Counted from the stretch's first letter, positions 1 through 10,546 are shown. The stretch: 64,000 nucleotides of DNA from a virus (IMGVR_UViG_3300008050_000039:3628-67627); one strand, 5' to 3'. The notes: generated by a model not told the origin, from the sequence alone. Translations and numbers: made by a program.

Positions 1-732
1 GGATTTAAGCGAAGTGATGATAGTATTATAACCTTTTGCGAATGCTGATAATGACCGACCATTTATTTTTTCAATCATACTCACGCCCTGTTCTTCACCG
101 ACATAAACTTCCTTTTTAGGACTGTTCATCATATCAGTTAAAAACTTTTCATTCATACAGTCGGGAGTTAAATACATAAAGTGCGTGATGTTTTCGTGGC
201 CGAGAGCAGTAAGCATATTATAATAAAAACATAATTCTTTTCGGGTTCGTGTTAATTTCCCTGCGGCCATGTTTCCGGTTTTCAATTCCACGATAACGAT
301 GCCGCCGTCGGGATGCCGAATCACACCATCAATCATACCGACTATAACCACTTCATGTTCTTCGTCAAATAAATAATGCTTGACTTCTGCTTCTATAACT
401 TCTAAGTCGCCCCAAAAAGCAATACGCTGTTCTTCCATTTGCGCCAAAGCGTTTAGTGTTGTGTCGCCCGATTCGCCCCCTAATAGATTACGGAAATCGG
501 AACCATCATACTTGGTATAAGCATTTTCAAGACACGAATGGATTTCGCTACCACGAATCATGGCATCGGTTGGTGGTGGTTGGGGTATGTCTGCTATGTA
601 TCTCCACCAATACTGACGCGGACACATCAAGTAGCCCATGTAGGATGATTTACTAACACGAAGGTATTGACCCTCGGATGGGTTATATGAAGAGTTATCT
701 ATTTCTTCACTTGTTGCTTTTCGTAGCACCAT
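1..732 (-). CDS. Cas4-like / PD-(D/E)xK exonuclease (3' end runs off the window)
   Basis: Not in ORF track; hand-translated from ATG 732 (RBS GAAGGGG): SKSSYMGYLMCPRQYWW...RGSEIH...GMIDG...IVELKTG, the RecB/Cas4-like signature; frame open to position 1. Confidence 0.8.
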   Translation of the reverse strand, partial: MVLRKATSEEIDNSSYNPSEGQYLRVSKSSYMGYLMCPRQYWWRYIADIPQPPPTDAMIRGSEIHSCLENAYTKYDGSDFRNLLGGESGDTTLNALAQMEEQRIAFWGDLEVIEAEVKHYLFDEEHEVVIVGMIDGVIRHPDGGIVIVELKTGNMAAGKLTRTRKELCFYYNMLTALGHENITHFMYLTPDCMNEKFLTDMMNSPKKEVYVGEEQGVSMIEKINGRSLSAFAKGYNTIITSLKS

Positions 733-1009
733 CTGTTGATTCCCCCTTCGCTTTCTTGGTCTTAGTAGTTTTCACTACCTTAACCTCACTTTCCCCGTCG
801 CTCCCTAATACTTTGTCAAAATCCATTGCCTTTTCTGCTTGGGCTACCGAAGCAAGATGGGTTGGTATAATGTGGTCGGCGGCTAATCCCAAAGAAGCAC
901 CTTCGCGCCTTCGTTCAAAACCAGCGTGCCACCAAACACATTCCGCACCGTATTTCTTAATAGCGGCCTTCAATGCCGTTGCGTCACCTAAAACAAGAAC
1001 ATTACTCAT
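707..1009 (-). CDS. hypothetical protein, Lys-rich C-terminus
   Basis: Co-oriented ORF packed in the operon. Confidence 0.55.
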   Translation of the reverse strand: MSNVLVLGDATALKAAIKKYGAECVWWHAGFERRREGASLGLAADHIIPTHLASVAQAEKAMDFDKVLGSDGESEVKVVKTTKTKKAKGESTDGATKSNK

Positions 1010-1044
1010 ATATACACCATCCTACGAGCGTTATGTAAAGGTAA

Positions 1045-1413
1045 TTATTCTTCCTCGGTGCTGATTTCCGCTACCACAGCATCAACATCGGTATCGCCTT
1101 CGCTAACATCTAACCCGCCACCACAGGAAGGGCAAACGCGTTCTAATTCTAATTCTTTTAACATTGGGCGGAAAATAACCTGCTTACATGAGCCGCATTC
1201 TGTCTGTTCCGCAAGACCCATTTCTTGTAGTGTGGCGAACATAATAACATTTAGTCGCTCAATGTCTTGGCTAACAGCACGAATCAAACCCTGTTGTGTC
1301 GCGCTGAGGCGACTGATTTCAGCGACCATTTCTTTGTTAGTCATTTTCTTTGGCATTCGCATACCCCCCTTTCCAGGCTCTAAGCCCCCGTTCCCTCTAT
1401 CTGCTATTGGCAT
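1045..1413 (-). CDS. coiled-coil + zinc-ribbon protein
   Basis: CGSC...CPSC pairs; RBS GGAAGTGAT and promoter at 1442-1464 upstream. Confidence 0.65.
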   Translation of the reverse strand: MPIADRGNGGLEPGKGGMRMPKKMTNKEMVAEISRLSATQQGLIRAVSQDIERLNVIMFATLQEMGLAEQTECGSCKQVIFRPMLKELELERVCPSCGGGLDVSEGDTDVDAVVAEISTEEE

Positions 1414-1441
1414 ATCATCACTTCCTCTATTAACACCTAAT

Positions 1442-1464
1442 AACTAATAGGTTATAAGGGTTAT
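1442..1464 (-). promoter_or_regulatory. BRE/TATA promoter, identical 23-mer also at 8820-8842
   Basis: aactaataggttataagggttat (minus: ATAACCCTTATAACC...) about 30 bp before ATG 1413. Confidence 0.65.
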
Positions 1465-1474
1465 CATCGGGCAT

Positions 1475-3721
1475 TTAAACCCACAAAACCCCCGTTAATC
1501 CATTTAAGGCGTTAAGTATAGGTTGTATAGACCAACCCGCTACCAAATAATAAGGCGTTATTTTATTCACAACAAACCGTTCCGCCAAATCCCTATAACC
1601 AATTTCGGTGATACTTTCTATTTCTGATGGGTCGTCAAAGGCAATATACTTACCCTCATTGTTTAGGGTGACAAGGAAAAATGAGCCTTTTCTATACCCC
1701 TTCCCTAAGTGGCGATTAGCCCATTCCGCCGCCGCACTATTACCGGACAACACCTTATAGTCGGACAAATCCCTTTCCAATTTACCCCTCATACATAGTG
1801 GAGCGGTTTCATAATCACCACTAACTATGCCGGCAACTAACGACTCAAGACTTTGCGTTAATTCACCCTCTCCTTTCCCTTCCAACAAAGCGGTTATTGT
1901 TTGTTGCATGGCCGACTTCATTATATCGGGCATTCTGGATTGTTTCAATTCTATTCCTTTGACATAGATTTTCGGTTCGTGCGCTTCGCCTTCTGTCCAT
2001 GCCACACGCCCCGCATAACGGTTCTTCGCCATGAGAACCATACGCTCGGCCCATCGTTCAAACTCAACCACGATAGGGGCCATCTGTTCATTTAAGCGAG
2101 CGTTTAATTTTTCGCCCTCTTCTGGCGACGGTATTTCAACGAAAACAGAATCGGTATGTCCATAAATCACATTATAACCTTCATCTATACACAATTGTTT
2201 TAGGTTGGATAGGGTGCGCCGACTCGTATAGGTAATGGCGGCGGCTACTTTAGGATGATACAAACCATGCTTACTATCCCCCGCGACCCCATACATTGAT
2301 GCCACAAGTGATTTACAAGCATACTGCATCGTGTCCCACCGCACACGCTCTTGCACATCATCGGTGGCTTTCATGCGGGCCTTGAAGTCATTGCGGAGGT
2401 CGGTGATATAATCCATCTGTCGTATGAGCAACCCCTGCTCATCCTTTCTGAAACAAACACCATTGCCGCAATCATCCCCCTCTTCATCTAATGTTTCCCA
2501 CGATATATTATTCTGTGCCGCGTTACTATGATACATGGCTTTTATATCAAAGGAACCAACGGATTCATAGATACCTGCTTCTGCTTTCATTACATCGGCC
2601 CCTTGATACGCCACCTTTTCAAATTGGGGAGTAGTCGGGATGCGGGCTGTAAAATCTGGGTCGCGTAAAGTAAGACAGGTGAACATTTTTGTTATAAAAG
2701 GCGTGGATTTAATATCACATTGGACGATGTGTTGAAGCGCAATATGATAATCCAAAGCGTTAACTGCGGCATCTAACTTTGGTAAGAGGCGAACATCTTG
2801 GCGGCAATAGTCAAGGTATGTTCCTATGTCCGAATAATAAGTATCGTGTCCATCGGCTAATTCAACCTTCTGTTCACCCAAACATTCTAACGCCACATCA
2901 CCCAAACCATATCCAGGCAATTTCCCGTTTTTCAATTCCCACAATTTACTAAACGCAAGCATGAGGTCAATACAATTCCGCCCAACAATCGGTTGCGACC
3001 AATCACGAAACTCATGACGAAATCGCCGCATAGGACTTAAACTTTCGGGACTCATTTTGTTGGCCCGTAATCGTTCTGCGATTACTTTAATATCAGCACC
3101 CACAACAAACCAACCCGTAATAATATCGGGGTCATGTGATTTCATGTGCTTAACAAAGTGTTTGAGCATTGAAGCCTCATTATCAAAAGCAATTGCCGGT
3201 ATGTCAAACTCAACCTCATTCTTATCTTCTGGATGATTAAGACAAGGCATAGTAAAGTATTTACCTGCCGGATAATCTGAATGAACGAACCACAAAAACT
3301 CTCGGTCTGTATATGAGTCATGCACACAAATAACCCTAAGAGCATTTGTTTCGGGGTTCCATTCACAATCCAACGACCAAACTCTATGCTCATAAGTGGG
3401 GATTGGTTCTTCTCCGTCCAACAAGCGGTCAGTTAATACACGATTTACAAACGGGATATTACATTCCCAAGTTTGGTTGATACCTTGATGATGTTTTATT
3501 TTGGTGACTTCGGCGGGGTCAGGCATTATTATTTTTGTCAACGGTTCGCCATAGACCCCTTCATAACCGGATTCTTTGCTCGCCGCATCAAGTAGGTGAG
3601 CGTCGTCGTCATGGACAAAACCATAAGGATAATAATTATTAATCGTAAGTGTCTTTCGCTCAGTATCGGCATCACGATAACGCACGATTACATTACGCCC
3701 TCTTCCCCTTTCCACTATCAT
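1475..3721 (-). CDS. polB: family B DNA polymerase with 3'-5' exonuclease
   Basis: ExoI DCEW, ExoII GWFVVGAD, ExoIII YCRQD, motif A DIKAMYHS, motif B KSLVASMYG, motif C YGHTDS, KNRY, KGIE. Confidence 0.95.
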   Translation of the reverse strand: MIVERGRGRNVIVRYRDADTERKTLTINNYYPYGFVHDDDAHLLDAASKESGYEGVYGEPLTKIIMPDPAEVTKIKHHQGINQTWECNIPFVNRVLTDRLLDGEEPIPTYEHRVWSLDCEWNPETNALRVICVHDSYTDREFLWFVHSDYPAGKYFTMPCLNHPEDKNEVEFDIPAIAFDNEASMLKHFVKHMKSHDPDIITGWFVVGADIKVIAERLRANKMSPESLSPMRRFRHEFRDWSQPIVGRNCIDLMLAFSKLWELKNGKLPGYGLGDVALECLGEQKVELADGHDTYYSDIGTYLDYCRQDVRLLPKLDAAVNALDYHIALQHIVQCDIKSTPFITKMFTCLTLRDPDFTARIPTTPQFEKVAYQGADVMKAEAGIYESVGSFDIKAMYHSNAAQNNISWETLDEEGDDCGNGVCFRKDEQGLLIRQMDYITDLRNDFKARMKATDDVQERVRWDTMQYACKSLVASMYGVAGDSKHGLYHPKVAAAITYTSRRTLSNLKQLCIDEGYNVIYGHTDSVFVEIPSPEEGEKLNARLNEQMAPIVVEFERWAERMVLMAKNRYAGRVAWTEGEAHEPKIYVKGIELKQSRMPDIMKSAMQQTITALLEGKGEGELTQSLESLVAGIVSGDYETAPLCMRGKLERDLSDYKVLSGNSAAAEWANRHLGKGYRKGSFFLVTLNNEGKYIAFDDPSEIESITEIGYRDLAERFVVNKITPYYLVAGWSIQPILNALNGLTGVLWV

Positions 3722-3775
3722 AACAATTCCCCATTATGAAGTCATTACTGTTAGAATATAAGGGTTCGCTTCGGC

Positions 3776-5029
3776 CTAAATCCAATCGCGCTCATCATCC
3801 ACTCGTTGTCCTAATTCAGCAAGTGTTTTCCCAATTCGTTCTTCGGCCAACACCACATAATCTGGGTTCAGTTCAATACCAACCGCTTTGCGACCGTTGG
3901 CAAGAGCGACCGCTATGGTTGTGCCGCTACCTAAGAACGGGTCTAAGACCACGCAGGGGACAGGGGTCGGATAAGAACAATCACAGGTTGGCCCCCATCG
4001 GTGCAAAGCAGTAATGTTTTCAATTTTGTTTTTCCGCGGCACGCGGTTTCCGCTACCGGCGAAATCATCTGAACGGTGGGCTTCTGAAATCTCCCTCTCC
4101 TTTTTCCATTCGGTGTTTTGGTAGTCACAATCGGGGCATCTATTATGTTGTGTGGGGATAAAACCGTTGCATTCGGAACAGGCTTTACCTACGGTTCGCT
4201 TGTAAGGGGCGTTACAGTCACCACAACAGCCCTGTTCGCTCGTTCCGGCTCGTATGCAGGGTTCAATCAATTCGGGTGGATATACGGCGAAGTGTGCGCC
4301 TTTGTATGGTTTGGGCGATACCCACCATACCGAGCGTTTATTTCGTTTTGTGGTATTAGTAGCATCGGGTATTTTAATTGCATCCGAATCAAAATAGTAA
4401 TGTTTGCTCTTAGTTAGAAGGAATATGTATTCGTGATTCTTCGTGCATCGGTCACGCACCGATTCGGGCATACAGTTTGGTTTGGCCCATATAATATCCT
4501 GTCGCAACCACCAACCATCCTGTTGTAGTGCGAACGCGACTCGCCACGGAATACCCACAAGGTCTTTTGGTTTGAGGTCGCCACCACTTGCGGCATACGA
4601 ATCACCAAGATTCAGCCATAATGTGCCTTCGGGTTTCAAGACCCTGCGAACCTCTCGGAATATCTCGGTGATGTTGGCCGTATATTGTTCCGGTGTAGGT
4701 TCAAGTCCTAACTGTCCGAACCACGCCTTACAATGCCCGCAATACGCCTGTTCTTGGGGTTCCCAATAGGCCGACTTCAATTGAAGGCTGTTGTCGTTGT
4801 TGCGGGTGTTTTCGCTTGGGCGTGTGTAACCTTCCCAATCGTGGTCGCAATCGGGATTACCGCCCCATACGATACCATCTCCGCCGTAATCACGCAACCC
4901 CCAATAAGGAGGGGAGGTTATACAAGTATGCACCGATTCATCGGGCATGGTTCTCAATACCGTTAGACTATCGCCTGTTAGTATTTTGAACGGTTCATCA
5001 TTGTTTAGAACCGACACAATCTCACCCAA
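3776..5029 (-). CDS. N4-cytosine/N6-adenine DNA methyltransferase (beta order) with Cys-rich insertions
   Basis: TSPPYWGLRDY (motif IV) N-terminal, DPFLGSGTT (motif I) C-terminal; HFAVYPPEL. Confidence 0.9.
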   Translation of the reverse strand: MGEIVSVLNNDEPFKILTGDSLTVLRTMPDESVHTCITSPPYWGLRDYGGDGIVWGGNPDCDHDWEGYTRPSENTRNNDNSLQLKSAYWEPQEQAYCGHCKAWFGQLGLEPTPEQYTANITEIFREVRRVLKPEGTLWLNLGDSYAASGGDLKPKDLVGIPWRVAFALQQDGWWLRQDIIWAKPNCMPESVRDRCTKNHEYIFLLTKSKHYYFDSDAIKIPDATNTTKRNKRSVWWVSPKPYKGAHFAVYPPELIEPCIRAGTSEQGCCGDCNAPYKRTVGKACSECNGFIPTQHNRCPDCDYQNTEWKKEREISEAHRSDDFAGSGNRVPRKNKIENITALHRWGPTCDCSYPTPVPCVVLDPFLGSGTTIAVALANGRKAVGIELNPDYVVLAEERIGKTLAELGQRVDDERDWI

Positions 5030-5398
5030 ACCATTGAATCAAGTCACCGATGAGTATTATAGGTATAACAACAATTAGTGATGTGATGCCCAACACACAA
5101 CCGAAGAAATCAGTTAGACGCATTATCATCCCTCACAATTTGTTTTATTTCTTCGCCACATTCTTTACATACACCGGAAAGTTTCAGCCACTTCACCGCG
5201 TCACACATAGGACAAATACCAACCTTAGTCATTAAACCCACCCCGCTTGATAGACCCAATCCATTGTTGAAAGTATAGCGAGAATAACAGCGAACAAACG
5301 CCAACGGTCGCCTCTTGATTTAGCCGTTCTTTCATTCTCGGCCATGTGTTGAATCAACCTATCGGTTGCTTCGCTATCCTCCTTTTTGACATACGGCA

Positions 5399-6277
5399 TT
5401 ATATCAACCCCGCCTGTAAAACGAAATCCTGTTCTTTATACGATGATGAAGAGGCAGTCGGTAATCGCGCAATCATACGAATACCTTGACCTTCGGGCCT
5501 AAAGTCTAAGAAATCAAGAATGACCTTTCCAGTATAGTGAACGAATACATTGTCAAGACCACCTTCAAATGTGGCCTCCCAATCTCCCTCGTTCTCGCTA
5601 ACATTACCCAATTGTATTTCGGTGCGACCCTTTATTTCCGCACCAACAGCAACGGACAATACCTTATCCTTAGCGGTGAAAGTATATCGGTTAAGTCGCT
5701 GTCCGTTGATACTATCACAACGCAACGCTTCATACAGGTCATTGGATTCAATTATCCATGTAGCAAAGGGCTTACGCACCTCATCGTGTGGAGGGTTCAT
5801 ATAATATCCGGTTTGGCGGATTTGTGTAGCCCTCTTGCGGCTGTTTTCTTCCCAATCATTAAGTGTAGTGGGCGAGTTAGTAAAGGCGCGGCCCTCGCCG
5901 CCCGTCACTATTGTTGTTTGTTTTTTGCCCGACTTGATTTGTAATTTTCCCTTTCCCCCATCATATCTAAGAGTTACAGAAGTGCTGTGCATAGACAGGA
6001 TTCCCAATAACTTATCAATGTCAAGTATAGGGATTGTAGCGATTTGCTCGCCCTGCGGATTGGTTGCTGTGCGCTCATCGTCACACACCGCGCTAAAACG
6101 ACTCAAGGATGAAACACCATCTCGGACAAGCGAAGTGGTTGATACAATACCTTTCGTGGCTTGAAGAATACAACCATGCACCTGTGACATAGGTTTTCCG
6201 TTCACATATTGCTTTCGCTGTGTCAGTTTTAATAATCTGCTTAATCCACTATTTTCCATTTCCATTACATATACCAT
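5399..6277 (-). CDS. putative PCNA-like sliding clamp (divergent)
   Basis: About 290 aa, alternating beta/alpha pattern in two halves; lies between PolB and the RFC clamp loader; start placed after AGGGGG RBS; fold is inferred. Confidence 0.5.
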   Translation of the reverse strand: MVYVMEMENSGLSRLLKLTQRKQYVNGKPMSQVHGCILQATKGIVSTTSLVRDGVSSLSRFSAVCDDERTATNPQGEQIATIPILDIDKLLGILSMHSTSVTLRYDGGKGKLQIKSGKKQTTIVTGGEGRAFTNSPTTLNDWEENSRKRATQIRQTGYYMNPPHDEVRKPFATWIIESNDLYEALRCDSINGQRLNRYTFTAKDKVLSVAVGAEIKGRTEIQLGNVSENEGDWEATFEGGLDNVFVHYTGKVILDFLDFRPEGQGIRMIARLPTASSSSYKEQDFVLQAGLI

Positions 6278-6560
6278 TTTCATTCCCCCTTTTGTTTTCG
6301 TCTTTGATAATCCAGGACTTAACTCTCGCTGAATCAAGTGTGTATTCTAATTGCTTATATCTCTTTAGATGATGGCCTGTGCCTTTGGTTGATAATTGAC
6401 CCCAATGATTAGGAATATATTTATTGATTTCAACTGCGGTTTCCGACGATTTGCGCCATGTGCTAAAATAACCACCTTCTATCAATTCTAATATAGCCTG
6501 TTTGATAATCCTTTTGCGTGTCAACCCCTTCGGGCGACCACGCCGTTCATCTGCCATCAC
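6249..6560 (-). CDS. small basic winged-helix protein (DUF3860-like paralog)
   Basis: Pattern GHHLKRY...VKSWII shared with four other small ORFs. Confidence 0.5.
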   Translation of the reverse strand: MMADERRGRPKGLTRKRIIKQAILELIEGGYFSTWRKSSETAVEINKYIPNHWGQLSTKGTGHHLKRYKQLEYTLDSARVKSWIIKDENKRGNENGICNGNGK

Positions 6561-7525
6561 TCATCCCCTGTTTCCTTCTTTGTTTCCCATGTTAGGAAAG
6601 GCAAACCTCTCCAATCCACTTTACCACCACCAACTGAAAGAATGGTGTGTGTTTCCCCTAAGTGTTCCATGTGCCGACCTTTCATCTCTTCAATGTCTGC
6701 CTTGACAACCCATTCACCGTCTTTCAAGGATTTGTCGCCCTTGACACCGGATGCAATGTCTGCCGTTTTCATGTATCGTGTTAGGAATATCTGCTGTGAA
6801 AAACAACGCATCGTTCCCTTTTCCCATTCGGGTCTTTCACCAACGGTCATTAGAACCTTTTTGCCCCCACCATCACCGACATATTCTTTAATCTGCTTTA
6901 GGTGGAAGGTGAAGAATACCTTTGGCACACTAAGACTGTGAATACGGCCTATGGCATCACGGAATAACTGATTACGGGTTCTCCACTCTTTCTGATTGAA
7001 TGAATCGCCTTCGTCTTTAATGACTCCACGCCTCAATAGAACCCCTGTCATGGCGTGTTCACACCACTTGAGGAATGTTGAGCCACCGTCAAAAATTACT
7101 GCCGCATGAGAATCTGGGTTCTCGGCCAAATCCTCGGCCAATATATTGACGAACCAATTTACCTTATCCACCAACGCAACATAATTAATTGAGTTATCCT
7201 CGTTGAAAATACTATCATCGGTTTCATCGTGGAGAGGGAGAACGGCTATGTTCTCGGCATCGGGATATAGGTAATCAACCGTTGCTTTTGCGCTGTTGTC
7301 AAAATCAAGAATGGTTATTTGTTTGCCGCTTTCAATTTCTGCCCTAAGTAAATCAAGTGCAAGTCCTGTCTTAGCGGTATTCTCACGCCCGACTAAAGCA
7401 CATCTAACGGGAACGGATTGCGCCCGCTTGTTAACGAATCGGTTGCGGTAGTATGCCGCATCATAGACTGGCTTAGGAGCCGCGGTTGACGGAGCCGTGG
7501 TTGCGGTAGCACCCCAACCCGACAT
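6557..7525 (-). CDS. RecA/Sak4-like P-loop ATPase (AAA_24-like)
   Basis: Walker A variant GRENTAKT, ILDFD, Walker B VIFDG; adjacent to SSB-like gene. Confidence 0.7.
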   Translation of the reverse strand: MSGWGATATTAPSTAAPKPVYDAAYYRNRFVNKRAQSVPVRCALVGRENTAKTGLALDLLRAEIESGKQITILDFDNSAKATVDYLYPDAENIAVLPLHDETDDSIFNEDNSINYVALVDKVNWFVNILAEDLAENPDSHAAVIFDGGSTFLKWCEHAMTGVLLRRGVIKDEGDSFNQKEWRTRNQLFRDAIGRIHSLSVPKVFFTFHLKQIKEYVGDGGGKKVLMTVGERPEWEKGTMRCFSQQIFLTRYMKTADIASGVKGDKSLKDGEWVVKADIEEMKGRHMEHLGETHTILSVGGGKVDWRGLPFLTWETKKETGDE

Positions 7526-8772
7526 TAAGCATCCCACCCGTCGCCACCATCAGTAGTTGTTTCATCGGCCTCAAGTGCAATAGGGCTGATTTCATCAAAG
7601 GCCCACCACCCATTTACACTAAATCGGTATTCATCATCCTGTGTTTTCCACGGTTGACCCACAAGGAGAACCTTAGTGCCGACTGCGAAATCCACAAGGT
7701 TTTCTTGGCCCGCCGGAACATAAACTTCGGTCATTTCCGCCGTTGAAGTAATATCAAAATCAGCACATACCAAACTATACCCACCATTATCGCGGGGGTC
7801 AATATGGATAACCTCGGCACACACACCGATTATTCTATCCCACCAACCGTCTGTGCCGTTGTTAGCATCATAGAATGCGGGGATTTTATCAAGACCCGCT
7901 AAGAAATCGTCTTGTAAGTAGTCGGGCATTATGCCGCCGAAAATATCACCATCGGCCATAACAGGTGGCCCATTAAAGACCGATGCGGCGGTAGGGTCAG
8001 CAGTAAATATACTTACACCCGCTTTGGCGTAGCCGGTCAAACCGTTCTTAGCAAGTCTGAATGCGTAGGTTCCTGGAACAAAGGTTGGCACCATATCTTC
8101 TGCCGCTTTACCGCTCGCTTTGACTGTAATGGGTGTCCATTCTCCGTTGTCGCCCTGTGGCCGACCTAAGAATAACGAAGTGCGTTCACGCTCTTGGGTA
8201 GGTCGCGGTGCGCCATACTTGAAGTTGGGGTCGCCACTCGGAAAGTTAGGGTTGTTCTTATCCCAAACAATGTAGTAGTGAGTATTCGCATCCAATTCAA
8301 TTGTTCCCTTTGGCAATGAATCAACCTCGGTTGTATCAGCACCCTCAACAAACATTTGCTTTAGTAGTAGCGAGGGATTAGCGGTTCTTGAGTAAGTGCC
8401 GTCATGGTTGTTCTCATAAAGCACGACTTTGCCCTGTGCCACCAATGCCTCTCGGCCATCGTGAGGTAGGTTAAGTAGTGTGGTTGTCATTTTCTTGTAT
8501 AGAATTGCGCCCCAATCCTTGTATCGTGGGGCGTTGACGAACATACCTTCATAGAGGGTTGCTCCGCTACGCTTCAATGAGCGGGTATCATTTGCAATCT
8601 GTCGTGCCGCTACTCTTAGTGCCAACACTTCACAATCACCTTCACTCTTGCCGGCGTTTTCCCATTCTTTACCATGCTCGGTGAGAACGAGTGTAAGGCG
8701 ACTACGCACCACTTCAACACTCGCTCCAACCGACTTGGCTACATTCTCAATCATTTTTTCATCCAATGTCAT
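7525..8772 (-). CDS. putative RPA/SSB-like OB-fold ssDNA-binding protein
   Basis: N-terminal helical segment, C-terminal OB-like strand pattern (VGTKVLLVGQ...FSVNGWW) and acidic tail; replication context. Confidence 0.55.
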   Translation of the reverse strand: MTLDEKMIENVAKSVGASVEVVRSRLTLVLTEHGKEWENAGKSEGDCEVLALRVAARQIANDTRSLKRSGATLYEGMFVNAPRYKDWGAILYKKMTTTLLNLPHDGREALVAQGKVVLYENNHDGTYSRTANPSLLLKQMFVEGADTTEVDSLPKGTIELDANTHYYIVWDKNNPNFPSGDPNFKYGAPRPTQERERTSLFLGRPQGDNGEWTPITVKASGKAAEDMVPTFVPGTYAFRLAKNGLTGYAKAGVSIFTADPTAASVFNGPPVMADGDIFGGIMPDYLQDDFLAGLDKIPAFYDANNGTDGWWDRIIGVCAEVIHIDPRDNGGYSLVCADFDITSTAEMTEVYVPAGQENLVDFAVGTKVLLVGQPWKTQDDEYRFSVNGWWAFDEISPIALEADETTTDGGDGWDA

Positions 8773-8819
8773 ATCATCACTTCCATTTGTTCCCGTCTTT
8801 TGGGGTAATTTGTCCTACA

Positions 8820-8842
8820 AACTAATAGGTTATAAGGGTTAT
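8820..8842 (-). promoter_or_regulatory. BRE/TATA promoter (second copy of 23-mer)
   Basis: Identical to 1442-1464; upstream of SSB ATG 8772 with the same GGAAGTGATGATATG RBS. Confidence 0.65.
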
Positions 8843-9762
8843 GTTTCCCCCTTTTTGGCACACAACCTAACAAAATTATACCTTACTATTTCGCCATCAA
8901 CACCTGCTATCAAATCCCGTTCCGAAGTCACCGCCGCATCAATCACTTTCATTTTTGATTCGGACTTGGCCGAAGAACCGACAGCAAACTTAAACACTTG
9001 TCGGATAGCGGCTCGGACAGGGATGCCCTTTAACTCTTTCAAAGCGGATTCAAAATCGTTGTCCTTGAAAGCACGCATTAAAAATACATCACAACGAAGT
9101 GGGTCGTCAATTAATGAACGGAGAAAACGACTACGCGATTCCCCGTCCGGTTGAGCGGCATACGCCTGTAAAGCATTAATGGCGTTGCGTAAATCCCCTG
9201 TATGCGCCTTCGCTATTTGCGTCAATACGGTATCGTAACTCTCCATAACATTCTCAATTTCGGATATTTCTTTTAGCCGATGGCAAATATCATCCTGTTC
9301 TATTGCTTTGAATTGACGCAGGGTGCATCGTGATTGAAGCCACGGAGAAACCTTACTCAAATCATTACAAGTCAGTATGAAGAACCCTTGTGAGTTTTCA
9401 ATCACACCCTTCAAAGCGGATTGGGCGGCGGGAGTTAATTGGTCTGCCTCGTCAAGTAAAAATATCTGCTGATAATTACCCACCCTTGACATTGGCAGTA
9501 ATTCATCCTCCACAAACTCTATGCCTCGTTGCTTTTTACTTGAAGCGTTGAATACATGGATTTGCCAACCTAACTCATTAGCCAAAGCGAGAGCGACAGA
9601 AGTTTTCCCTGTTCCTGGTTCGGGGGAATAAAACAAATAATGTTGCATGACAGCACTAAAGTTTTCATTGGCAACCTGTTCCATCTCTCGGATAATGTCG
9701 GGTTGCCCCACCACCGATTGAAGGTCGGGTCTATGCTTAACAGCCCATACTGCGTTATTCAT
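8839..9762 (-). CDS. rfcS: replication factor C small subunit (clamp loader)
   Basis: WAVKHRP, PGTGKT, FNASS, LLDEAD, AQSALK, LQSRC, GDLRNAIN. Confidence 0.92.
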   Translation of the reverse strand: MNNAVWAVKHRPDLQSVVGQPDIIREMEQVANENFSAVMQHYLFYSPEPGTGKTSVALALANELGWQIHVFNASSKKQRGIEFVEDELLPMSRVGNYQQIFLLDEADQLTPAAQSALKGVIENSQGFFILTCNDLSKVSPWLQSRCTLRQFKAIEQDDICHRLKEISEIENVMESYDTVLTQIAKAHTGDLRNAINALQAYAAQPDGESRSRFLRSLIDDPLRCDVFLMRAFKDNDFESALKELKGIPVRAAIRQVFKFAVGSSAKSESKMKVIDAAVTSERDLIAGVDGEIVRYNFVRLCAKKGET

Positions 9763-10060
9763 CCGATAACCCCCATACTGCGCCATATTTTGTCATACCC
9801 GTTGCGTGGGTATGTGATTGCTTAACGAAACGATTATCCCTATTGAGAAGGTTGTTTATAGAATTGGGTGAAGCAGGTAGTTTAGTAAAGCGTCTGCCGT
9901 TAACTTGTCTAACTTCATTCATTAAATCATGGTCGCAGGTTGGCCCTTTCTCCTTGATATATCTAATAGCCCCTTCACGCCATCTCGCAAAACGAAGTCG
10001 TGTTCCCTTTGCCAATTCTGGATTGTATGTTCCCTTTCTTCCACCAATGTTTTCTCTCAT
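9755..10060 (-). CDS. winged-helix protein (DUF3860-like paralog)
   Basis: INNLLNRDNRF...AVWGL. Confidence 0.55.
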   Translation of the reverse strand: MRENIGGRKGTYNPELAKGTRLRFARWREGAIRYIKEKGPTCDHDLMNEVRQVNGRRFTKLPASPNSINNLLNRDNRFVKQSHTHATGMTKYGAVWGLSDE

Positions 10061-10081
10061 AATAAACCCCCCATATTTGTA

Positions 10082-10546
10082 TTAAATAAGCCCCTCTCTA
10101 TCGTTCAGTATATGCTTCACCAAATAATAAATGTCAGTCGCCACAAGCACTATGTTCTTTCCCTCGCCTTCGTTTTGTAATAACAAACTCATACCAATTA
10201 ATATGCCCCGCAACTTGTCGTCGCTTATCCCTTCAACAATCTCTTTTGCCTTTACGCATACCTCTTCACGGTAAATAAAATCCCTTTCCTGTTCACTTAA
10301 CCCGTCACGACTACTAATTAATGATGGGAAATCGTCAGTATATATGAGCATAGCACCCACCAACTCATCTAATAATTCTATGTTGACAGGAGATAACAAA
10401 TCGTTTAATGCCTCCATTGTTTGTAGTTTATCTCCAACTAACTCGTTCTGTCTTTTGACTAAATCAAGCATCCAATCAAAGGGGTTATCTCCTAAAGTCA
10501 ACTCATCCACCTGTTCATTATCATTCTCGTCAATCGGTTCCGTCAT
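10082..10546 (-). CDS. acidic helical hypothetical protein
   Basis: Overlaps stop of upstream ORF. Confidence 0.55.
   Translation of the reverse strand: MTEPIDENDNEQVDELTLGDNPFDWMLDLVKRQNELVGDKLQTMEALNDLLSPVNIELLDELVGAMLIYTDDFPSLISSRDGLSEQERDFIYREEVCVKAKEIVEGISDDKLRGILIGMSLLLQNEGEGKNIVLVATDIYYLVKHILNDREGLI

Noticed and set aside
1-732. Cas4-like gene as evidence of CRISPR-Cas
   Set aside because: No cas1/cas2 or array in the window; solo Cas4-like nucleases are common in archaeal virus replication modules
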